Virus record (IMG/VR): IMGVR_UViG_3300005364_000001
Source of the DNA: an uncultured virus (IMG/VR IMGVR_UViG_3300005364_000001)
Taxonomy: Duplodnaviria; Heunggongvirae; Uroviricota; Caudoviricetes
Reading direction: 5' to 3' (one strand)
DNA: 64,000 nucleotides
This document shows, one piece after another, positions 57,323 through 64,000 of this stretch. A program made the position numbers and the translations under genes. A model generated the notes under the pieces. The model was not told the origin of the DNA. It saw nothing but the letters and a program-made list of their open reading frames with translations, and did not search any database. Numbering within the stretch: position 1 is the stretch's first letter; each line of letters starts with the position of its first letter.

Positions 57323-58645
57323 GTGGCCGGACTATCGCGCGCGACGTTTGCCCTACTTCAGCTGCTCACCAGCGACGATCTCCAGGCCGCCTTGCGCCTC
57401 ATGGGGCGCGACGTGCTCGAGCTCGCGCGCTACCTGGTCGGCGATCGCCCGGTCGTGGTGGGCGGCCTCGAGGCGCGCCCGCTCTCGACCGGCGTCGAGG
57501 TGCAGCCCGGCGTCCTGCTCCAGCCCTACGCCGGCGTCATCTCGGCGCCGCGCCCCGATGACTCGAGCTTCGTGCTGGGGCGGCTCGGCGATCCCGCCGC
57601 CGTGGCGATCCCCGCGCTAGGGGTGAACACCTGGTACCTGATCGAGGCGCGCGCGGGCGAGCTCGACTCATTCGGCGAGCGCCTGGTCCACAACCAGACG
57701 CTCGACACGGAGACGCCCAAGCAGGTCCTCACGCGCCGCGAGGCCTCGATGGTGCTGCGGGCGCGCGCGGGCACGGCGAGCGCGATGCCCGCGCAGGTCG
57801 GCGGCTGGCTGCCGATCGCGGCGGTCCTGCGCCGCACGTCGGGCGCCGTGCTGGCAGGCGACGTCTACGACCTGCGACCCCTGCTCAATCGGCCGCCGGC
57901 GGCGGGGGGCGAGCTCAGCGAGGCCTTCGTGCGGCAGGACTACGTCGTCCACTGGCGCACGCTCAAGTTCTCGATCGACGTCGAGCTCGTCGATCGCTTC
58001 GGGCAGCGCCTGAGCGCCAAGGCCGACAAGGTCGACGTCCCCACGCTGCACGAGCCCGGCTACACGCCGGTCGCCAACGCCTGGCGGTATCTCTACCTCT
58101 GCAACCCGGGCGAGGGCGAGGCGCCGGCGACTGCGACGGGCAAGGGCGTGCTGGTCGTGAGCGGCACCAAGCCGATCGCGCAGGGCAGCCGCATCCCGAG
58201 CGCGGCGATCGCGCTGCCGGCGCCGTGGTCGCCGACGCTGCGCGCGACGTGCGTCGGGGCGATCTACAGCGCGCTCCTCGACCCGATGGCGCAGAGCTGC
58301 GTGCGCGGGCGTCATTTCGCGGGCGGCGCAGTCGCAAGTCAGACCGGGCCGATCCCGGCTGAGATGTTCCCGGGCAACGCTCGGCGCGTGACCTTTCGTG
58401 CGCGCTACAACGCAGCCGACGGCGACGATAAGGCGGTGCGGATCTACTCGCCGGCGCTGGCAACGTTCGACTCCGCGCAGGTCAACTTCTATGGCGCCGC
58501 CGCGCTCAACGGTCAGACCAACGTCTTGGAGTTCGACATGTTCGTGCAGGGCATCAACGTCGCCGACACGAAGCTCGACCTCACTGAGGTGCGACCGATG
58601 ACACTGCCGAAGGAGTACGTGGCATTGATTCGCAGCGAGTTCTGA
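57323..58645 (+). CDS. Putative tail fibre/receptor-binding protein, paralogue 1
   Basis: Shares ordered motifs with 59397-60770; distal tail module. Confidence 0.55.
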   Translation: MAGLSRATFALLQLLTSDDLQAALRLMGRDVLELARYLVGDRPVVVGGLEARPLSTGVEVQPGVLLQPYAGVISAPRPDDSSFVLGRLGDPAAVAIPALGVNTWYLIEARAGELDSFGERLVHNQTLDTETPKQVLTRREASMVLRARAGTASAMPAQVGGWLPIAAVLRRTSGAVLAGDVYDLRPLLNRPPAAGGELSEAFVRQDYVVHWRTLKFSIDVELVDRFGQRLSAKADKVDVPTLHEPGYTPVANAWRYLYLCNPGEGEAPATATGKGVLVVSGTKPIAQGSRIPSAAIALPAPWSPTLRATCVGAIYSALLDPMAQSCVRGRHFAGGAVASQTGPIPAEMFPGNARRVTFRARYNAADGDDKAVRIYSPALATFDSAQVNFYGAAALNGQTNVLEFDMFVQGINVADTKLDLTEVRPMTLPKEYVALIRSEF

Positions 58646-59278
58646 TCACTGCCCTGCCGGCGCAGTCGCGAAGTAGATGTAGGGATCGAGGTCCGTGCCC
58701 TTGTACTCGGCGAATCCACCTGCGACGCGCTGGCGCGTGTAGTCGAAGATGATCGCGTAGCTGTAGCCGTCACCCGCCCCGGCGATCGTCCACTGGTTGA
58801 CGGTTGTCTGAGTGGCCCACGCGCCGAGAAGCTGCGTCTTGGCCTTGTTGTCGTAGCGCTCGACCGTGGCGTTTGCGGGGTTTTCGGGGAGCACGTGCAG
58901 CGTCAGCACATGCCAGACATCGCCAAGGCCGGGCGCCTCGCCGCGCACCGAGATCGGGCGACCATCGAAGAACGACAAGGGCGCGGGCAGAGGCTCAGGA
59001 TCGGTCATGCCTGAGTCGACCACGGGGGCGCCTGCATCGGCAACGACGGGGGGCAGGGCCGCGTCGACCACGGCGATCGCGCCGGCGTCGACCTCGGGGG
59101 CGATCGCGGCGGCGTCTGCCTCGGGGGTGACGGGCGCGGGCTCGAGCGGCGCCGCGGCGTCCTTTTCGCGTGCCCGCTTGGCCAGGTCCTCGGCGCCGTC
59201 GAGCTCGGCGCCCTCGGCGCCCACATCGGCGCAGCCCACAACCAGAACGACCGCCAGCAGCGCGAACACCTTACGCAT
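58646..59278 (-). CDS. Lipoprotein (moron-like, possible superinfection exclusion)
   Basis: MRKVFALLAVVLVVGC lipobox, D-A-G/Pro linker, antisense to structural genes. Confidence 0.75.
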   Translation of the reverse strand: MRKVFALLAVVLVVGCADVGAEGAELDGAEDLAKRAREKDAAAPLEPAPVTPEADAAAIAPEVDAGAIAVVDAALPPVVADAGAPVVDSGMTDPEPLPAPLSFFDGRPISVRGEAPGLGDVWHVLTLHVLPENPANATVERYDNKAKTQLLGAWATQTTVNQWTIAGAGDGYSYAIIFDYTRQRVAGGFAEYKGTDLDPYIYFATAPAGQ

Positions 59279-59396
59279 GACCCGAATCTCCTCTGCCGCG
59301 ACGCGGCGATACCGGGCTGATCTTCGGGCGGTCTGGGCGCGAGGTTGAGCGCGAAACGCAGGTTTCGGTGTGGGACCATGCGGTACCCTCGGCGGC

Positions 59397-60770
59397 ATGC
59401 CGAGCGACCGTGTCCCGTACTACCTCAACGAGCAGTTTTCGAGCGCGGACCTCAACGCGCAGCAGCTCGCGCTCGAGCGCACGGTCGAGGACCTGCTCGG
59501 CTTCTCGCTGTGGGCGCCGCGCCTTCAGCCGATCGGCGAGCCGCCGGCCAGCGGCGAGGCGCCGGCGCAGGGGGCCGTGATCGGGGGCCTACGTGCGACC
59601 ACGTCAGGCGGCACCCTCACGGTGGGCCCGGGCGCGCTGCTGAGCACGGGCGTCGCGAGCCCAGGTAGCCCCCCGAACCACGGCGGCGTCTGCGCGGCCG
59701 CGGTGGGCGGCGCCAGCATCCTTGTCCCCGCGCCCGTCTCGGACACCTGGTACCTCGTGAGCGGGCGGCCCGCGCTGATCGACCAGGCCGCCGTCTCGCG
59801 CAACGTGCGCAACGGCGAGGCCTGGGTGCCGACCCCGCTGGTCAAGCTACGCCAGGCGTCGCTAGAGCTCATCGTCACGGCCGGCACGGCGACCGACCTA
59901 CCTGCGACCTCACCGGCGACCTATACGCCGCTCTGGGGCGTGTTCCGGCCCGGCGGCGGGGGCGCCATCGTGTCCGCGACCCAGGTGGTCGACGTGCGGC
60001 CCTTCGCCGGCCCGCGGCGGCCGAGCAACAACGGCGCCGTGATCTTGCAGAACGAGTTCAGCATGCGGACCGGGCTGACCCTCAATGCCCGCGTGCAGCT
60101 CGACGAGCTCGACCTGCATGCCTGCACGGACACCCCCTTCGACCCGCTGCTGCTGCTCGACACGGCGGCCGCCGCGCCTGCAACCAATCAGTGGGCGTAC
60201 CTGTACCTCGCGCGCTGGCGGGGCCTCTCGACGCTCTGCGCGCCGCGGCATGCTCAGGCCAAGATCGCGGGGCTCAGTCAGCAGGGGCTGCTCATTCTGA
60301 GCACCGTGCCCCCGACCCCGTCAGGCCCGCACGGCCGGCGCAACAGCGCCGCGCTACGGCCCCCGGCCCCATATTCGGCGGGCATCGTGCCCGAGGGCGA
60401 CGCGCTCGCGCTCGGCGCGCTCTTGAAGACGGCCTCGACCTGGCAGCCCGCCAACTGCGTGCAGGACCGGGTCTACGTCCCGGTCTACGGGGGCGGCATC
60501 CCCGATTTCACCGCCACGGGCGACTTCACCTTTGCGCGGCACCCGCGGGGCGCGCGCAGCGTGCATTTCTACATCACGCGAGACGACCCCTACGGCGGGG
60601 TCACGATCCAAAGCCCGAGCGGCCGGCTCTTCTATCAATCCGACGAGCAGGCCGAGCACTCGACCGTCGACACGGGCGAGTTCCCCATCGATCCAAGCGA
60701 GACCACGCTGAGGTTGGCCTCCGCGGGCTCGGCCAACTGGACCGTCACGCTGCGCAGCTATCGCCTCTAG
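59397..60770 (+). CDS. Putative tail fibre/receptor-binding protein, paralogue 2
   Basis: WYL, AGTA, W.YLYL, G.L..S..P, PAP motifs shared with 57323-58645. Confidence 0.55.
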   Translation: MPSDRVPYYLNEQFSSADLNAQQLALERTVEDLLGFSLWAPRLQPIGEPPASGEAPAQGAVIGGLRATTSGGTLTVGPGALLSTGVASPGSPPNHGGVCAAAVGGASILVPAPVSDTWYLVSGRPALIDQAAVSRNVRNGEAWVPTPLVKLRQASLELIVTAGTATDLPATSPATYTPLWGVFRPGGGGAIVSATQVVDVRPFAGPRRPSNNGAVILQNEFSMRTGLTLNARVQLDELDLHACTDTPFDPLLLLDTAAAAPATNQWAYLYLARWRGLSTLCAPRHAQAKIAGLSQQGLLILSTVPPTPSGPHGRRNSAALRPPAPYSAGIVPEGDALALGALLKTASTWQPANCVQDRVYVPVYGGGIPDFTATGDFTFARHPRGARSVHFYITRDDPYGGVTIQSPSGRLFYQSDEQAEHSTVDTGEFPIDPSETTLRLASAGSANWTVTLRSYRL

Positions 60771-60800
60771 ATCGGGCGATCAAGCGTAGAATCGGGCCCC

Positions 60801-61490
60801 ATGGGGCCCATTCTCGCGTTCGCACCCGATGCAGACACGCCGGGCAGGCACGACGTCAGCGGCGCCTTTCTGCCCGAGGCGCTCCAGTTCCTGCGCCTGC
60901 ATGACCCGAGCTCGCTGCCCGTGCGCCGCTTCCCCGCGGCGGGGCCACTCGACGAGCGCCGCGTCGCCGTCAAGCACGCGCTACGCGAGCGCGCCGAGCA
61001 AGGGGCGCCCCTGCTCAAGACGCTGGCGTTCTTCAGCCACGGCTTTCGCACGGGGCTCCAGTGCGGCTATCTGAGCTCGAACGCGCTCAAGCTCGCGCAG
61101 CTCGTGAAGCTGTACTGCAAGCCCGGCGGCTACGTGGTGCTCTATGCCTGCGACACGGGGCGCGATAGCGACATGGACACCGAGGACGATCGCATGCCCG
61201 GCCCAGGCGGCGAGGGCGGCTTCGCCGACGCGCTGCGCGACGCTTGCGACGCGCTCAACTGTCAGACCTCCGTCGTAGCTCACGCCACGCGGGGCCACTG
61301 CACTATGAATCCTCACGTGCGGATCTTCCGGCCCGGCGGGTACGGCGGCGAGTGGTACGTCGACCCGGGAGACGCGGCGCTCTTTCTGCGCTGGCGCAAG
61401 GCGCTGCACTCGATCTCGACCTTGCGCTTTCGGTTCCCGTTCATGACCTCGGAGGCGATCCGCGACGAGCTCACGCCGCGCGTAGCGTGA
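60801..61490 (+). CDS. His/Cys caspase-hemoglobinase-fold-like protein (DUF4347/C80-like)
   Basis: LAFFSHG and VVLYAC.TG, then FA..L. Confidence 0.6.
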   Translation: MGPILAFAPDADTPGRHDVSGAFLPEALQFLRLHDPSSLPVRRFPAAGPLDERRVAVKHALRERAEQGAPLLKTLAFFSHGFRTGLQCGYLSSNALKLAQLVKLYCKPGGYVVLYACDTGRDSDMDTEDDRMPGPGGEGGFADALRDACDALNCQTSVVAHATRGHCTMNPHVRIFRPGGYGGEWYVDPGDAALFLRWRKALHSISTLRFRFPFMTSEAIRDELTPRVA

Positions 61491-61496
61491 TCGCCG

Positions 61497-62129
61497 ATGC
61501 AGGACCCCGGCATGGTCAACACGATGCTGGGCTTCTTCGGAACGATCGCGGCGTCGGTCGGCGCCTACATCGCTGTGATCAAGGTCAAGGCGAACGCCGC
61601 GCTCAAGCAGGCCGAGGCCGATGCGACGCAGGCGCTGGCGGTGCAAGAGGCGCTGCGCGCGACCAACACGCGCCTCGACATGCTCGAGACGCTGCGCGAG
61701 AAAGACCGCAAGGCGGCCGAGGAATGGCGCACGGTAGCGCTCGAGGCCAAGCGCGAGCTGCTCGAGCACGAGAAGCGATTTCGCGAGCTCGAGCGCCACG
61801 CGCGCCAGCTGCGCGACGAGTACGAGCTCAAGCTCAGGGAGGGGATGAGTCATGCAGACAGCACAGACAGCCATCGACTGGATCGGGATGCTCGACGTGA
61901 TCGCGAAGCTGGCGTTGATCCCTATCCTGGCCGCGGCACTGGTACTCGCGGCCAAGCACCTCGGGATCAAGCTGAGCGCCCAGCAGGAGATCGACCTCCA
62001 GCGCTCGCTCGAGCGCGGCCTGCTCCTGGCCGAGGAGCAGGGGACCAAGTGGCTGAAAGACCATGGTCAAAAGATCCCGGGGCACGAAAAGCTGGCGATC
62101 GCGGTCCAGGAGGCACGGGAGGCCAGTAA
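61497..62129 (+). CDS. Single-TM coiled-coil protein (lysis cassette)
   Basis: N-terminal TM then heptads; 3' part overlaps the next gene in a poor frame. Confidence 0.6.
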   Translation: MQDPGMVNTMLGFFGTIAASVGAYIAVIKVKANAALKQAEADATQALAVQEALRATNTRLDMLETLREKDRKAAEEWRTVALEAKRELLEHEKRFRELERHARQLRDEYELKLREGMSHADSTDSHRLDRDARRDREAGVDPYPGRGTGTRGQAPRDQAERPAGDRPPALARARPAPGRGAGDQVAERPWSKDPGARKAGDRGPGGTGGQ

Positions 62130-62307
62130 GACCGGGCTGAGCCAGTTCCCCACCGACCCGCCCGTCGAGAAGCTGATCGAGGCCGAGCTCGTGCGCTTTC
62201 GGCCGCTGCTGAGCAGCCCCCCGCCGCCGTCGTACTCGCTGAGCCCGCCGCGCGCGCCGAGCATGGTGCCCCTCACGCCACACGAGGTCCTGCCGCGCGA
62301 GGTCTAG
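61852..62307 (+). CDS. Holin-like protein (LL-H-like)
   Basis: One N-terminal TM then AE...G.EK...A...IEA pattern. Confidence 0.6.
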   Translation: MQTAQTAIDWIGMLDVIAKLALIPILAAALVLAAKHLGIKLSAQQEIDLQRSLERGLLLAEEQGTKWLKDHGQKIPGHEKLAIAVQEAREASKTGLSQFPTDPPVEKLIEAELVRFRPLLSSPPPPSYSLSPPRAPSMVPLTPHEVLPREV

Positions 62308-62579
62308 CGCAGCCGCCCGGCCCGGATGTCGTTGATCGCGCTCACCAGCGCCGCCGGCGTGCCCGTGAGCTGCGCCTGCGCAAGCCGCCCGAGGATCTGC
62401 TCGCGGTAGGCGTAGAAGGCCTGGGCGAAGTCGGGCGCCTTGACGCCCCTGAGCGCCAAGAGCGCCAGCTTGTGGCCGAGCAGCATCTCGAGCGCGTTCC
62501 ACTCGGCTTGATTGAGCGTCGAGGCCGCCGGGGGCAGCCGCTGCATCACGTCGGGGTGGCGGTCGTCCTTGGGCATCAC
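62304..62579 (-). CDS. Hypothetical protein
   Basis: GTGA-coupled to ERF gene. Confidence 0.6.
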   Translation of the reverse strand: MMPKDDRHPDVMQRLPPAASTLNQAEWNALEMLLGHKLALLALRGVKAPDFAQAFYAYREQILGRLAQAQLTGTPAALVSAINDIRAGRLR

Positions 62580-63568
62580 AGCAGCGTGCCATCCCGCCGG
62601 TCGTGCATGTCGCCGGTCGCGGCGTCGACGATCACCTCGCCAAAGGGCAGGGGGCCAAGCTCCTTGACGTCGCGGCGCAGGTCATCGGGCTTGAGCCCGA
62701 GCTCCTCGCAGCGCGTGATCCACGCGGCCCCGACCAGCTTGCGCTCGGGCTCGGGTAGCTTGTGCGCGCTCGCGATGCGCGACCAGGTCACGAGCCGCGC
62801 CGACGTGGTCGTGGTCTTGATATCGCTGACCAGCTGCTCGGCCCGCGCGTGCGCCTCGGCGAGCTCAGCCTCCGTGAAGTCGCGGTGCTTGGGCTGCTGC
62901 TGCTGTGGCTGCTGCGCCGGCGGGCTCACCTGCGCCGGGCCCTGGCTCGGGCGCTGCGCGTTGCGCGGCGCTGCATCGCGGCCGCCGCCGCGCCAGCTGC
63001 GCGCGTCAGGATCGTTGTGCTGCTCGCCCTGCATGTCTTCATCGCGGCCGCCGCCGGCGATGCGCATGAGCGACGTCAGCAGCAGCCGATCGGCCGACGT
63101 GCGCGCGATGCCCGAGGCCTTGTTTCCCGGCATGGTGATCGGGCGGATCACGCGCACGACCGCCGCGCCGCTCGTGTGCGTCACGAGGCACACGACCCGC
63201 CACTTCCAGATCGTTTGGGCGCCGCGGCCACTCGAGTAGTGGATCTCCTCCTCGAGGTCGGCGGACACCTGCTCGACACTCAGGCCCTCGCTCGCCATCG
63301 CCTCGCGCACCGACTCGAGGATCGAGGCCATCCCCGTATAGGAATATCCCTGCTCCTGGTTGCGCTCGGACTTGGCCAGGACCCCTTTGCTCTTGAGGAT
63401 CGCGCGGCAAATCGCCTCGCGCAGCTCGGGCAGCTTGTCGCGCCCCGCGGCGAGCTCGTCGCGCAGCCAGTCGGGCAGTGGCTCCGTGTGCTGGACCGGC
63501 GTGTGCGCGGGCGGCTGGGTGGGCGTGGCGAAGTGCGTCGTCGAGGCGGGCGGGTCGGGGTACGTCAT
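62576..63568 (-). CDS. erf: ERF-family single-strand annealing recombinase
   Basis: K...N...GY.Y.....I...VR......GL, L.H.SG, A.T.A.R..L motifs. Confidence 0.75.
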   Translation of the reverse strand: MTYPDPPASTTHFATPTQPPAHTPVQHTEPLPDWLRDELAAGRDKLPELREAICRAILKSKGVLAKSERNQEQGYSYTGMASILESVREAMASEGLSVEQVSADLEEEIHYSSGRGAQTIWKWRVVCLVTHTSGAAVVRVIRPITMPGNKASGIARTSADRLLLTSLMRIAGGGRDEDMQGEQHNDPDARSWRGGGRDAAPRNAQRPSQGPAQVSPPAQQPQQQQPKHRDFTEAELAEAHARAEQLVSDIKTTTTSARLVTWSRIASAHKLPEPERKLVGAAWITRCEELGLKPDDLRRDVKELGPLPFGEVIVDAATGDMHDRRDGTLL

Positions 63569-63638
63569 GCGCCGGATCTTACCATTCGTTTTGGAAAAAT
63601 GGTTGCCAAGTTCACGCCTGCGTGATCAGGTGCGGCGC

Positions 63639-63857
63639 ATGACGCTCGACGAGTGGGTGCGTCGCCGGGGCTGGGGCGCGCTGTCTGAGCTTGCGCGAGA
63701 GACCCAGGTGTCACGACCCACGATCAGAAAGATGCTCAGGCGCGAGGCCGTGCGCGCCGACGCAGCGCTCAAGGTGGCCGAGTTTATCGGCTGCGACTAT
63801 CGCCTCCTCAGTAACCCCAAGCCGCGGCGCAAGCTCGCGAGAAAGGCCCGCGCGTGA
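63639..63857 (+). CDS. Cro-like HTH regulator
   Basis: SELARETQVSRPTIRK HTH; divergent from ERF across an AT-rich gap with an ACCATT/AATGGT palindrome. Confidence 0.7.
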   Translation: MTLDEWVRRRGWGALSELARETQVSRPTIRKMLRREAVRADAALKVAEFIGCDYRLLSNPKPRRKLARKARA

Positions 63858-64000
63858 GACTGCTCGATGGGCTTGAGCGTGCACAAGTGCGCGCGCTGAT
63901 CGTCTGCTCGCTGCGCACTCAAGGCTACGACTCACGGATCCGGCTCGTGTGGGGCGAGGGCGGCCAGCTCGAGATGATCTCGATCGGCCTCGTGCTCGAG
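63854..64000 (+). CDS. Hypothetical protein, truncated by window end
   Basis: GTGA coupling; frame open to the end. Confidence 0.45.
   Translation, partial: MRLLDGLERAQVRALIVCSLRTQGYDSRIRLVWGEGGQLEMISIGLVLE

Noticed and set aside
57323..60770. Diversity-generating retroelement or invertible fibre cassette
   Set aside because: No RT, no near-identical TR/VR pair, no invertase or flanking inverted repeats seen
61852..62129. Embedded Rz/Rz1-type overlapping gene pair
   Set aside because: The overlapping tail of 61497-62129 has poor codon usage and the second gene has no lipobox; more likely run-on due to rare stops
63988..64000. Terminal repeat (CCTCGTGCTCGAG also at 9-21)
   Set aside because: Only 13 bp of a very common Leu-Val-Leu-Glu word, flanks differ, and the window boundary is arbitrary
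1..64000. High frequency of CTCGAG/GAGCTC as a dedicated repeat system
   Set aside because: Largely explained by Leu-Glu/Glu-Leu codon preference; true over-representation would need a codon-aware count that I could not run

Overview
This is a very GC-rich, gene-dense stretch that appears to be most of one tailed phage genome with a contractile tail. It encodes terminase, portal, MuF minor head protein, scaffold, major capsid, sheath, tube, frameshifting tail chaperone, tape measure, baseplate, fibre-like and holin-like proteins. No integrase is visible. Instead there is a ParA plus RHH partition pair with a 24-bp-phased palindrome array, and a Rep-like gene with an internal DnaA box, so a phage-plasmid lifestyle is inferred. 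The host cannot be fixed from sequence; a diderm host is suggested by lipoprotein genes. The main observations are: (1) a MuF protein ending in an R-S-E ADP-ribosyltransferase-like domain, followed by a small ORF and a TARG1/DarG-like macrodomain (writer/eraser cassette); (2) the TCCCCGCGGGGA array, with 13 copies upstream of parA and 5 more in the same 24-bp spacing inside the partner's coding sequence; (3) a ~530-bp ORF-poor region of candidate structured ncRNAs, plus a separate ~100-nt sRNA candidate; (4) a 23-bp operator shared by three promoters; (5) widespread leaderless promoter architecture; (6) a His/Cys caspase-fold-like protein where an endolysin would be expected; (7) Tad2-like and NrdR-like accessory genes. 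All product calls come from motif recognition and synteny by eye; no database search was run.
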